Position numbers and translations under genes: made by a program. From positions 992,001-1,056,000 of the forward strand of contig JBNJNM010000015.1 of NCBI GenBank assembly GCA_052426225.1: 64,000 nt of DNA, written 5' to 3'. Below are positions 1 through 12,515 of the stretch, piece by piece (position 1 is the first letter of the stretch; each line of letters starts with the position of its first letter). The notes below the pieces were generated by a model that worked only from the letters and a program-made list of their open reading frames with translations, did no database searches and had not been told where the DNA came from. This DNA comes from Zancudomyces culisetae HAW-14-8 (lineage: Eukaryota > Fungi > Kickxellomycota).

Positions 1-82
1 TTTATTCAAAAAAGTGAAAAAAATATTATCTATTCACGGCACAGGTTAAGTAGCAGCTATCGAGGCTAATAGATATTTTACC

Positions 83-2149
83 ATGAAAAGTATTATTACA
101 CATACAGGCTGTAACCAGACACTGGATAGACTTCCATATAATATTCTGTCAACAATATTCTTATTGTCAGGGAATGAACAGGTGGCATTCGTATCACGAT
201 CAATGTATGAAGCCTCGAAGAACACCAGGATGATAACGGCATATGCTTTTAAAAAATATGGCAATGAACGCACAGTAGCAGCGATACATGAGTCCGGAGA
301 TACGTTTTACAAACGTTTTCTAAGAAACAAAGAGACACTTATCACCCTTATAACCAAAAGCTCATTAAATAACTATGCGCTCCTATTTCGACTTGGTGTA
401 CAATATAAAATGGAAGATATGCTTGTGATGTTGCTCGAGATTCACAAAGTCGTAGATTCGTCGTTTTACTCGACTCATTGTGATGGAGCTTTTAAGTTTG
501 GTGACACTATTGTGGAATTTGACGATGATCCTAGGTTGTTTTATGAAACCTATTTAAATGGATACATCATGTACAATCCTAGTGTGTTTATGGTTGTTGA
601 CAGGCATTTCCCATTCGTTCGACATTTTGGAGGATACTATGGTCACCCATCAAATAAGTTCGTTCCGAGCTATGATACATGCTATTATATGTACACCTTT
701 TTAATCACACTCAAAGATAAAAAACTTCAGGTTTCCCTGCCCGATGGACAAATAGTAGAGCGACCATATAATGAACTGAAGTTTTATATTAATCTTCTTT
801 TGACATTTGTCCATTTCTCACTCAAAAGGGGAGGAGTCGGTGTCGCAAAAATGTTTATCGAAGATGATTTAACGATTACTAAAAATCTTGCATCGCATTT
901 GAGTTACTTTTTTACTAGAGTACAACACAGCATTAGTTTATTCAGCCCGAAAATAGTAAATCCATTCATGGAGATGCCCTTGAAAGATTTCACAATAGGT
1001 AATGTCAAAAGTGATGAAGAAAGCGGTTTACACGACATTTTTTTTACCACTAGGCCCAGAGTTGGATATGTATTGGCACCCTCTTTTTTTGCAAAAGATT
1101 TAAAAGTGTCGCTTGTACTGGTTAGTGTACGACTAAAAAACCAGAAAATCATGAAATTTATCCTAGAAAGAGGGCTCGAAAACTACCAAGCCGCGTTTCT
1201 AGCTCTCCGAGCAATAGCGGAAAAGGATAAGGCCCTGTTAATACGAGTATTAGAAATGAGCAAGATTGATATTAATCTGATTAACGAAAAAATCATTTCC
1301 CTCTGTCGTCGCACTATTCTAGGCAAGTCTGAAAAGGCAATCGATATTACAAAGACCCTTATAAACGTGTATGGACTTGAGATGAGCAACTTTGGCTATT
1401 TAATTCTTCAGGCAGCAGTATCAACAAAAAACTTTGAGCTTGTAAGCTATTTAACAGAAAAAAAGAGTAAATATGATGAAGCAGGAGAGCTAAAGAAAGG
1501 AACGGATTTTAGCTATAATCAGCGCTATAAAGCTGTACTGGTTGACCTACGTGAGATTAAATATAATGGATTGAGTGACACATCCAATGCTTCAAAATAT
1601 AGCGCCGAGATGATCAAATTCCTCATTAACCGCGGTGCAAACCCAACAGCTAACAATTATGAAGTCTTGCTAAGAGTAATTAGAAAGGAGGATTATAGTA
1701 CGCTGGAATTTTTGCTAAAAAATGGAATAAACCTCCAAAAGTGTCCTCCAAGATACAATGGAATGAAAACAGCCTCGCTGTATTGTAACAATAAATTAAA
1801 AATGATAAAATTTCTGGTTGAAAACGGTGCGGATCCGGTAGTCTGCAAAAACATAGCATTGAAATGTGCATGTAGAAGTAATGATTATGAATTGGTAAAG
1901 TACTTGCTTTCAAACGGTGTTAGTCCCAGGTTTAGTGCTGGAAACGGGCTCAAAGAACTTTGTAGTGGTAAGCGATGGGATGGTAAGATTTTCCGTGCCT
2001 TGGTTGAAGGAGGAGCAAATCCAGAGGCACACAAGGGCTTGGCAATGAAAAGGGTGTGGGAGGAAAATGATACTGCATCAATTGAGTTTATTGAAAAAAG
2101 AATGGCTAAAAAAGTCAAAAAAGATAATCGTCCTAAAGCAATAGGTTGA
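83..2149 (+). CDS. Ankyrin-repeat protein with N-terminal F-box-like motif (688 aa, intronless)
   Basis: Repeated ankyrin motifs in the C-terminal half (MIKFLINRGANP, LEFLLKNGINL, MIKFLVENGADP, LVKYLLSNGVSP, FRALVEGGANP). N-terminal LDRLPYNILSTIF resembles the F-box consensus. Confidence 0.85.
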   Translation: MKSIITHTGCNQTLDRLPYNILSTIFLLSGNEQVAFVSRSMYEASKNTRMITAYAFKKYGNERTVAAIHESGDTFYKRFLRNKETLITLITKSSLNNYALLFRLGVQYKMEDMLVMLLEIHKVVDSSFYSTHCDGAFKFGDTIVEFDDDPRLFYETYLNGYIMYNPSVFMVVDRHFPFVRHFGGYYGHPSNKFVPSYDTCYYMYTFLITLKDKKLQVSLPDGQIVERPYNELKFYINLLLTFVHFSLKRGGVGVAKMFIEDDLTITKNLASHLSYFFTRVQHSISLFSPKIVNPFMEMPLKDFTIGNVKSDEESGLHDIFFTTRPRVGYVLAPSFFAKDLKVSLVLVSVRLKNQKIMKFILERGLENYQAAFLALRAIAEKDKALLIRVLEMSKIDINLINEKIISLCRRTILGKSEKAIDITKTLINVYGLEMSNFGYLILQAAVSTKNFELVSYLTEKKSKYDEAGELKKGTDFSYNQRYKAVLVDLREIKYNGLSDTSNASKYSAEMIKFLINRGANPTANNYEVLLRVIRKEDYSTLEFLLKNGINLQKCPPRYNGMKTASLYCNNKLKMIKFLVENGADPVVCKNIALKCACRSNDYELVKYLLSNGVSPRFSAGNGLKELCSGKRWDGKIFRALVEGGANPEAHKGLAMKRVWEENDTASIEFIEKRMAKKVKKDNRPKAIG

Positions 2150-2745
2150 TAGACAAGTCGAATATTACAAAGTGGATAAAGGAAGTTGGAGCAGGCCGAC
2201 AAAGGAATTGGGTCGACTTACAAGCGGCCTTTCCACAGTACATGAAACACATTCTTTTCGTAGGTCGAATTCGAATAGGTCAATTTTGGACCGCCACGAG
2301 ATTAGCAAATTCGGGGTTTATAGATCCAGATTACAAAGCCAAATGTCCGTTCTGTAAGAAAGAAGAAAAAGAAACAGTTGAGCATTACTTACTAGATTGC
2401 AGCAGATGGGACGAAACTAGGAAGGATTTACTTACTGAATTTATAGATTATTATAGTTCTTTTTTATCTAGCACGATTTCCGAGTGTGTTGAGCTTCGCA
2501 GGAAAGTCGTGGGTAAACTCCTGGGGGAGGAGTTAAAGCTCAAACTACCTGGGATTCTTCGGGATCCAGACGCCACTTGCGTTAGAGCAGTGGTTTCCAC
2601 AGCCCGGTTTCTTAACGAGACCTTTTTACCTCGCTACCTATTGTTGAAAGACATTAGTATAGTCCCACTCCCCTTGAATCAATTGCCCATCGGGTACGGA
2701 GACTCTAGAGAGTCGAAGGGGAATAGGATGAGTTTAGACTATAGA
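2137..2745 (+). mobile_element. 5'-truncated non-LTR retrotransposon (LINE) relic: C-terminal end of RT ORF with CCHC zinc knuckle
   Basis: ORF 2146-2760 has RIRIGQFWTA..LA..G.I....CPFCKKEEKETVEHYLLDC (C-x2-C-x9-H-x4-C), typical of non-LTR ORF2 C-termini. No ATG start and no RT core. Boundaries are approximate. Confidence 0.8.
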
Positions 2746-4549
2746 TTGTTTTTATTTTAGGAACTGTTTATTTTTTCTAAATAACTCTTTCTGCCATAAA
2801 AAGCACAAATAACAGTTCAGAATCTGGCGGCTTGGCTTGAGAAGGGGAAGGATAACACTATTCACAAATACCATCACGTGTTATCGTCTACCAATACCAA
2901 ATGTTGTGGTCCATAAACGATAGAGTGAAAAACAGTTATAGTATAATGTCCCTATGTTTTTCTAGTCCACCTCAAATGGGCCTTTCATCCTTTATTCTAA
3001 TTATACTAGAACCCAGCGAATTCTCAATGCTTAGCGATTATTATTTTAATGAGAAAAATAGAACAGTTTTGGTTCTATCAAATACAATCTATTCTGAAAT
3101 ACAATTGGTCTAAATAGTAACACGCCTGTTATGGCTAAAGTTTATTTCAGTCTCGAAACTCCGCTGCTAGTTGCATGCCAAAGCGACCAAAGTTCTGGTA
3201 TGTGCTGCATCCAACCATGTTAAAAATAAAAGAAAAAATTGGGTATTAGTACTTAAGCATAATAACCCACGAAATCGAGGTGTTTCACTCTAGAGCGGGT
3301 CATTCGCAAAAAAGACTGAAAAGAATTGGGGGACTTTGTTCCATGTTTATCTTTTTATGGATAAATATTTTTAATCCTTCGCTGTTTTTTTTTGTTCTTA
3401 GTTTACTTGCGTGTCCAGTTTCTCGGTTGTAAATTTAGTCCATTGGTCTTTTATCCATTTATTCCGTTAGTCTTTTATTCATTCGGCCCTTCTTGATATT
3501 TTAGTCCATGGTCTACGGTTTTTGGTATTCAAAAATGGATTATCCCCAGTAGTTTCAGAAACTAATGCTTTCTAGGCAATGCTAAAAAGCTACACACAGA
3601 AATCCACCTAGAAGCAGTATATGTTTCGGTTGGTCTGCCTACTTCATTTGTTTATAATGGTGCAAACCAAATTTGTTTTATTCTCCGCTTTTTTTTGCCT
3701 CTGTTTCGTTTCATGGAAAAAATGTGGAAGAAAGTGAACAAGAAAGTGAGCAAAAAAAATGAGTATGTTTCTTATTGAGTAAATAAAACACAAGTCGCCT
3801 TAGTCACCTGTTCTAGTTCTTGTGATTATATACCTTGCTGTGCTACCGTTGGTTTATTTGGCAGCTTGGTTTTCGCTTTTTATTTTGCATTTTTTTGAAA
3901 AACAGAACATCATAGCTCAAAAAGTATGTGTATCTGCATGTATATGTGTGTATTTGTTCCTTGAAAAAAAAAAGGCGATCCGCTTTTGAAATATTTATGT
4001 TTGCATAGTGTAGGCCTTGAACTAGAAAAATAAGACCAATGATGCAGACTTTAAACGAGATATGATTGATGTTTACAAACACCACACTTTATTAATATTG
4101 GAAAGCAAGTAAAGTAGTTTGCAAAGTGAAAAAAAAAGTGTACACTCTAATCTATGAACACTCGAAAAATTACATAGGCATTGTGGAAAACTTGCTTAGG
4201 ATATTTTATCGACATCTGTTAAATGAAAAAGCTGAATAAAAGATTATTAGAAAAAAAAGTCGCTAACGAAGTTTTTTTAATATAAATATCAAAGTAGTTA
4301 GGGATACATGTTCTTTGTGTTATTCTTTTTGTGGAGTTTGCTATAAAATATTTTAAGAATACTAATATATTTTTCTTGGCGATACTCAACTCTGTGGTAT
4401 ATTAAAATATTGGATATTTGCAGTGCTTGATAGCTAGATATGATTATATGTGGAAGCAAAGTGTAGTTTAATAAGGGTAGAATAAGAATAAAGCAAACAT
4501 AAAATAAACCAGATATAGTACGCAAATATCACAAGAAATAAACTCAAAA

Positions 4550-5910
4550 ATGAAAAATACAGTCTTGACCCATGTAAACTCGCTATTGTGCATGGGTGCA
4601 TGTATAAAGCGGTTTGTAGGTGTTGATGGATGTATTCCAGCGTTTAATGGTGCCGAGTTGAAGATGCAAATAGGTAAGCCTAACGATAAAACTATACATA
4701 CCCAGTATCATTAATAGCTGATACAAATAGTTTATATAAGCATGCTTATAAACATAAATATATAAATATAGGTGAAATAGGAAGAGCGTTGAATACTGAA
4801 GTTTCACTGCTGTTAAATATATCAAAACCTGGAATTTTGGATAGTGATTGCTTGAAGATAGCAAACTTCGTATGCGAATTGTGTCATAAACTGTTCCTAT
4901 TGACATCAAGCATACCGAAAGCCGCAGGAAAAACGTATATTCGAGCTGTATGTGATGCAGTTCTTACGAGTATAGAATCGGTTATTAGAGTGCTACTCCA
5001 GTTGGTTTATCCAACTACAGGCGTAGAAAAGTATTTTAATACAAATTACACCAGTGATGTACACGCATATGTACCGCATTTGAATTCATATCTCGACTCA
5101 TATCCTTGTCGGTACTTGGATTCTGAACTTCAAACGAATAGATTGGCAGAACTTTTATCGGCGTCTGTCACTTGGAACAACTGTAAACCACTCGAAAATC
5201 TAAGTAGTTGCAATGCCGAAGCCATCAAAAAAGTATGGCAACGACACTGTGCTGGTGTAGTTCAGGATATAATCACTGAGTTTGTGGAATTTGTTGGATG
5301 TTGTGACTATTGCTTGAGTTGTGCACAAATGAACGAAGCCCAGCAAGATTTATACTGTACTTGTACAGATCAAGAGGGACAGTATAATCATAACACACTT
5401 GAGGATGAACAGGTAGTTTTGGCAAAAGACATGATACGGATACTATACACAACAGAGCAGCTACTGGATAGGATATATTCATGTTGTATTTCGGTATACT
5501 TGAAGCAAGTTGCAAAAGAAAACAAAAACAATGTTGGTGGTAGGATTGTATACAATGCTAATAATAGCAATTATTATTATTATTATGGTGAGGATGACGT
5601 GTGTATCCCATACTATGATTGTGAATCAAAAGATATGGGTGCTTGGATAGATGATTTACTACAACAGTGTATCGAAATTCCAAAACTTGCAGAACTAACA
5701 GCCGACTCGATATATACATCACCAATTAAAAGAGTTTGGTATGGTGAATTTATGAACGCAAAAGATCGTTTGTTTAAAAGTGTACTGGAGGTGGCAGAGG
5801 TTGCCATTTCATATGCGGATGGTAGCAGTGTGGAACAGATTCAAGATATCCGAAACCAGTTTTTGAGGCTAATGAATGAGGGACCAGGAAGTCACAAAGT
5901 AGTTCGATAA
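4550..5910 (+). CDS. GCIP/CCNDBP1-like (Grap2 and cyclin D-interacting) helical protein; 2 exons (4550-4673, 4772 or 4781-5910)
   Basis: Phase-compatible GTAAGC..AG intron joins ATG 4550 to ORF 4789-5910. IPKAAGKTY..AV and SASVTWNNC..L..L...N..AI...W.....VQD...E resemble the GCIP family. Confidence 0.6.
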
Positions 5911-6784
5911 ACAAAAAGGGATGAGTAAAGAGGAGTTGAAGAGGGTCATAGTAAGAGGGGTGATAGCGGAGATGATATACAGAGATTCTTGCTGTTGGTG
6001 TTTGTATTAGTATTATTATTAGTACTGGAGTGAGTATGAGTGTATTCGAGTGTATTATTTACAGACATAGAGTTCGATTTATTTACTTTTATTCTTTTTT
6101 GTACAATAATCTTTATATTATGTGTAAATGAATTGTAAAACATAAACAAGAGCGTACAAGGTCAATAGTGGTATTATTTGAATCACAAGAACTTGGTTCT
6201 ATTAGTTTCGTCATAGGAGTTCCATTTGTTTTAGTAGCTTGATGAGCTCACGTGAAAACAGGTTCAACGTAGCTCTCGTTTAGCTAAATTTGTTCCGTTT
6301 TCTTTATTTTTGGATGCGAAAAAGACAATCCCATGTCTGGTTACTAACCAGACAGCTGTGCTATCATACTTTTTAAGTGTGTGTGTGTGTATGTGTGAAT
6401 ATAGATAATTGTTTGCAGTTCCGCTTTTAATTATTTTCTAGTTGAGCGAACTGCAGCTTACATAAAACCAATTACCATTTGTGGGCACACAACAGCAATA
6501 GTCGAACTTTTGTTTTTGGGTTAATCAGGTATATATTTGGGTAGTGCAAAGCATTTGCAAATAGCCTGTACTTAACATTCGCGCTGAATAATTCTAAAAT
6601 CTGCATGTCCAATTTGGTTTCTTCCGGCCCACCAATTAAAGAATTACAAATTTGGTTTGAAAGTTCCATTCTTTTCTTTTGCACAGGGACATTTTACTTC
6701 ATTTTACACCCATATATATATTCGTAATTATATTTACTTTTATCAGCTTGGGAGGAAAAAAAAGAGATAAAATCTAAAACTAAA

Positions 6785-8330
6785 ATGAATAGTGCCGAGA
6801 AGGAAAAAAAACGATTGTTTGAGAAGCACGCAAAGATACTGCGCGAACTCGCAAAGGAACCTGCCAATTCTGTGTGTGCCGACTGCGGCACCCAATCACC
6901 ACGCTGGGCCTCTTGGAACCTTGGTGTGTTTCTGTGTATCCGGTGCGGCGGATTCCATCGCCGATTGGGCACACATGTGACCAAGGTCAAGTCGACTACG
7001 CTGGATAATTGGACTCCAGAGCAGATAGAGCATTTCCGGCATATTGGGAATGAGAAGGCCAACGCGTACTTTACGCCTACAAGTCGACAGGGCGCCCAGA
7101 ACCTCAATACTATGGCACGCTCAGATATGCAGTTGGCAAAGTTTATTAGAGACAAGTACGAAAATAGAATATACGTAGAACGGGGCTCGGTGGATCCGAC
7201 AGTGATTGCAGGCAGCAACAGCAACAACTATTCTCCAAGTACAGGTGGTGGTGGTGGTGGTGGAAGTAGAGGAAATTATTCGGAGGCCAGTAAGATTAGG
7301 GATGGGGAAGTGTATGGAATGACCAAGTTGCGCGAGATGGGCTTCAAAGATGTTCGCAAAAACCATGATGCTTTGGTGAAGTGTGAATATAATGTGGAGG
7401 CAGCAATAAGATACTTGACACGGGGACCGGGAGCAGCCACCGAGACAGAGATTTCAGCTAATGACGAACGCGTTAAGAAGCTGAAGGCCATGGGCTTTGA
7501 AGATACTCAGGCAAACATCCAAGCGCTAAAACAAAGTAAGGGGGATTTGCAGGCATCTATTGAGCTGCTGCTGACATCGATGGGTTCAGCGAATTCAGGA
7601 ACTAGCAAAAGTCAAGCCAAGGATGAGACGACAAAAAATAGTGGCAGCGGAACAAAAGAAAACAAGACAGATTTGTTGTTCAGTTTTGATGAGTTGAGTA
7701 TTAGCAATCCAAACAAGGTAAGAAACTCGATTCAAGGAAGGGGGGTGTGTATATTTTGAAAATATGAAGCGATATTGAAGAAAGAATGAATGAATTGAAA
7801 GAAAGAATTAATAAACAAATTAATTAATTAATTAGAAGGAGGAAAGCTCAGGGGCAGCGGATGATGGATTTGGAGATTTCCTCAGCGCCGAACCAACGAC
7901 ACCAGCAACACCAGCGGCAACAAGCATGACAAACAGCACAGCGGCAGGAAGTGCAGGAGGTTCGAGAGGGGGAGGAAATATCATGGAGGAGAAGTCGATA
8001 TTTGACGATCAGTTTATAATGTCGCTTTATTCAAAAAGCGGCTCGAACACATCGAGCAATATAAATGGAATCAATAATATTGGAGGGATAAATAGCATGA
8101 GTAGTACTAAAAAGAGTAATGTAGATGACATATTTGGAAGTATAAACATGGGGTTTGGAAATAGCGGAAGTGGAGGAGGAGTTGGTAATAAGGTCGGGGG
8201 AGTGGGAAGTAATGGAGGAAGTAGCGGAAGTGGCGGAAGGGGATATTACGGAGTGATGGATAATCCATGGGATCAACAGGCAAAAAGTGAGAAGAAGGAT
8301 AATAATGATGGGAAAGGATGGTACTTATAG
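6785..8330 (+). CDS. ArfGAP with two UBA domains (SMAP/Gts1/Ucp3-like); exons 6785-7717, 7836-8330
   Basis: ArfGAP zinc finger CADC-x16-CIRC with catalytic Arg (PRWASWNLGVFLCIRCGGFHRRLG). Two UBA repeats (LREMGF..NVEAAI; LKAMGF..DLQASI). DLLF, DDGFGDF and IMSLY motifs. In-phase GTAAG..TAG intron. Confidence 0.9.
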
Positions 8331-11300
8331 AGAGGAGAGGCAGGAAGAGGCAGTCTTTGCTTCAAGGGGAGAGAAGTAAGACATAAAGGGGTTTGGTGTG
8401 GGTAGATGATCAAAGGGAAAAGATTTGATGTAGGAAGCGATTTGCAAGGGGATTGGAGAAGCGTTTAGAGGATCGGAAAGGAAAGCGGAGTCTAGCTCAT
8501 CGTTGGTGTCATTGTCACTTTCTTCGTCGTAGAAAACGTCATCGGAAAAGTCAGAGTTGTAGTCTTGCCAGCCATTATCATTATCATTGCCATTACCATT
8601 GTCACTATCGTTACCATTATCGCTAGTAGTATTGATTGTAGTGCCTAAATTTATATTGTTGTTTTTGAGATTATAAAGAGAATATTGGGATAAAAGGATC
8701 TTGAAAAGTTTGATGGATAGAGGAATTTTTGAGGCTGGGGCGGCTGGTTGGTTGGTCTTTGCGTTTGCCTTAGCCTTTGCCCTGGAGCGTGTGACGATGA
8801 TGTCATCATCCTCAATGTTATTGGAGGGTTGTTGCAAATCATCAACCACGAGGTTTTGTAGGATGGTTGATTTTGGATCGCCTGCGTGGTTGGGGTTGAC
8901 TATGGTGTTTAGAAGGATGAAGATAGCATTGGCTACAACACGTGTGTAGAAATCCCCGAGAATGTCAGAGTAGAACTCGCATAGGCTAGTAACAAATAGC
9001 TCGAGAGCGGAAGAGGTTGGAGTCGCAGGAGTTGAAGACAGGTAGTCGAGTAAGACAACTGGGTATTTTATGATTAGCAGAGAAATGCAACTAATAATAC
9101 CCGAAACGACCACAGCCGAGGCAGCACCGCTTGATGACGAAGAGGTTTCAAGGGTCTTGAGCATTAAAGTAGTTAGGTACATTAGCCCATTGGTGTTGGG
9201 ATCGTGCTGGTATTGCTGCAGATAATCGGAACCAAAGTATAGTAAAGAAAAGATCAAATCACCAATAAACAATGCACCAGAGGCAGAAGAATTTGACGAC
9301 GAGGATGGGGAGGAAATAGGCGATAACAGAGATTCAATAAACTGCAAAATGATACAGACACTACGGTTATCGTTGTTTACGGCCGCCAAGAGTTGGTCAG
9401 GAGCTCTTTGGATCAGCTGCTTTAGACAATCCTGGATACCCTGCAGAACACCAGAAGAGGATTTGAACATCAAAACAAAATCAGGATCCAAGGCTAAACC
9501 AAAACTGTTTCCATTTGGTAGAGTGGTGATCGAAATCAGACCAAATACCATTTCCGACATCTGGGCGATGTAGTCAGATGGAAGAGACCGTGTTTGTGAA
9601 GCAGTAGCAGTTGTGGTTGTGGCGGTGGTAGCAGAAGTAGCAGAAGTAGCAGTAGAAACACCAGCCTTGGTCATTGCAGCAGCCAACTCTAACCCACTGG
9701 TAACCAGCATAAGCGAATCTTCGTAATCACGTGGTTGCTGATTTGGCTGTTGGGTTGGCTGTTGGATTCCACCAGTGACAAACTGAACAATAAGAGGAGT
9801 CAAAATGGAATAAGTGGCATCAAAGTCTAGACGCCCAACTATGTCGATCACCAAGCTCGAAAGTAGCGAGTCATCGTGAAACTTTTCCAGCATATAGCCC
9901 AACATGTAAGCCACGCGGCGATTGGTTTCTACATTTTCTTGGCTAGCATTCGCTGGAGAAAGCAGGTGAGGAAGGCCATAATAAATTACTTCAAGGGCCA
10001 TGTGTACTGAGTCTTGGCTCAATTTTTGCGCCATAACAATTCCGCACTCGATTATCTGCCTGCTTTGAGCAACAATCATCCCTTTTTCTTCTGCACTGGC
10101 GTTAACAGTTGGTTTTGTCAAGGAAATGTATTCAGATAACAGTTTTAGAGCACAAACCTGAACCACCATTTCTCGCCCTTCTTCTCCTTCTCCCTGTTGC
10201 TGAGTGTTAAGAACACTATTGGTAATGGTTTGGATAGCCATCCCTACAATCTCTGTTTTTATTTCAGGTGCAAGCGACTCGCTATATGCCAAGATAATAG
10301 CTGCCATAACTGAGAACGCCCTTGCCCTCATGTACTGACTTCCATTATCGCCCAAAGCTTGGTTCTGGGGTTGGGCTTGGGTCAAAATAGGCACAACAAA
10401 TGACATATAAATCTCTGTAATTTGTGATTTGTCAGCCAACGAGCCCGCTGAAAACATGTTTTCTAGAGCAAACAGGATTGCTTCTTTGATAATCCAGTCC
10501 AATCCTCGACCTTGCAGTCCAGCATTACTGTTGAATAGTGCCAATAGGCCTTGACTCACTTTTATCACAATTTTCTCAGCACCTGTGATCCGCCTGCTCT
10601 CACCAACACACAGTAGCAAGTCTTGTCCAGCCATTCTTACCGTGTATTTGTATCCGGTATCGGTTTCATCCGCCACAAATTCGTCAATATCCTGGTCCCA
10701 CTCCTCCTTCTGTTCTTGACTTATCTGCAAGCTTCTAATGGCCAACTCTACAACCTTTTCCACCTCTTCTTCTTGTTCCCTCTTTACATTGCGAATCTGC
10801 CCCTGCTTGGTAGCTACCGTCAAGTACTGCAATAACCCTACCGTATATTCCGACAGTTGGTATCCAGCCAGATCCTTTGATGCCTCTGCCTGTCCCTGTC
10901 CTGAAAGGTCGTACACCTTTTCGGCCTCATACTTCTCCATCATTTGTGCCAGTTGCTGCTTCACTACTTGGATTTCCTCCTCGTCTCGTAGTTTGATCGC
11001 CTTGTTGATCTTTTTGACTATCTTGACTGCGACACTCTTGATGTTCACATTGTACACATCTACTCGCATCACCTGCTTCATTATCTCTCGCCACTCGTCT
11101 ATTTCTTTTCTCTCCCAGCCCATATCCACTCTTTTGCTACCACCACTCTTGCCTCTACCTCCTCCATACCCGCGGCCGTATCCATACTCCTCCCCATCAT
11201 CTCCATCACCCTGTCCTTCCTGGGAGCTGTTCAATGACACAAATATTATATCCATTCCTTCACTAACCGTTTCAAAGATCTTTTGCTCAATGTCCTCTGC

Positions 11301-12151
11301 GTATCTCCTCCCTTCCAGTATCATTCGCTTCAGCTCAGCCATCAACCGAACTACTTGCTTAATCTCTTGCACACTCATATCTCTATTTACTATCTCGCCT
11401 ATCACTTTGATCCCTGCTTCCACTTGATCCATCCCCTTTTCTCCCATCGATGTGCTCTGCAACATCCTAATTAACCCGTCAAATAGCTCGGGCCACTCCT
11501 CTGGCCAATCATACTTGGCTATACTGCTAACCACGTACGCCTATTTTATCACACCCACTTGCTTTTACTTCCACACAGAAAAGGTATAAGCAACTGTATC
11601 AACTCGACTACTTACCGCTCCATTTTGCACCTTCTTATCCTCACAGTGCTGCAGCAACTCGAACACCTCTCTTCTCACCATCTCTTTAATCTATTTGTCA
11701 TTTCATTCCTTTCGTTAAAATAGTTTTTCAACTTTAAAGTTTACATTTCGTCTCATTCCTTTATCACCCTACCTGAAATGTTATCAGTATCCCCGTTCCT
11801 GCTGTCGCACTGGATTCATCATAATTTTCACTTGTCATACACCATTTTTTGTCCACATAGCTCCGCAGCCGCAATAAACTGGCTTGGCGGATCTCCGGCT
11901 CTATCTGTATGTTTCTCGCAAGGCTGATTAATACCAGGCTATATTCTATTCGTTAAATATTTTACCAATTACACTCCACTTGTTTTTTTTTTATTGTCTA
12001 TTTTTACCCTATGTTTAACTGAATGGGAATGGGGTTGTATTTTACCTGGTAATTGGTTCTCGAAGGTCTCCAAAACCTCCTCGCCCTTTTTGCGTATGGA
12101 ATTGTCGGTGTTAAAGCTGCACTTCAACGCTTCATATACTTGCTGCTCCAT
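8325..12151 (-). CDS. Importin-9 / Kap114-like karyopherin-beta; exons about 12151-12046, 11945-11773, 11690-11616, 11540-8325
   Basis: IBN_N start (DNSIRKKGEEVLE), ISSIA.YDWPEEWPELF-type motif, WDQDIDEFVADE, TRSRAK motif and acidic C-terminal loop, all characteristic of importin-9. Canonical introns. Confidence 0.85.
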
Positions 12152-12485
12152 TTTCTCTTGTAATTTCTTTATTTTTTTTTTAGTACTCCAAGGGTTTCTA
12201 AGCTTTAGCTTTGTATACTAGTGTTTGTTTAATTACTGCCTTTGTTTACACTGAAAATTTTTTTATAATTTTCTACCACTTGAAGCCAAATCTGCAGCCA
12301 ATAAAATGACCGTCACGTGGATCGAATTTTGTGAGACTTTGGCCTTTTAGATTTTTTAAACACACTCATTTGATTTTATGTCTTATTCTCACTTAGATGG
12401 CTTTGCTTTTCTCGATATTTCCTTTATTTTTAGTTGTTACCAAGTGTTTGCAAAACTAGTCAAAAAAATAAATAGAGAAATGAAC

Positions 12486-12515
12486 GTGAAAGTGAAAGTG
12501 AAAGTGAAAGTGAAA
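12486..12515 (+). repeat. (GTGAAA)5 microsatellite
   Basis: Five perfect copies read directly. Confidence 0.9.

Noticed and set aside
2660-2740. HDV-like or hammerhead ribozyme at the LINE end
   Set aside because: It lacks the CUGANGA/GAAA core and the HDV P1/P3/P1.1 topology; kept only as a generic structure.
10738-11427. Long antisense ORFs (e.g. 229 aa here; also 51197-51808 and 12853-13377)
   Set aside because: They are shadows of real genes on the opposite strand, caused by skewed codon usage.
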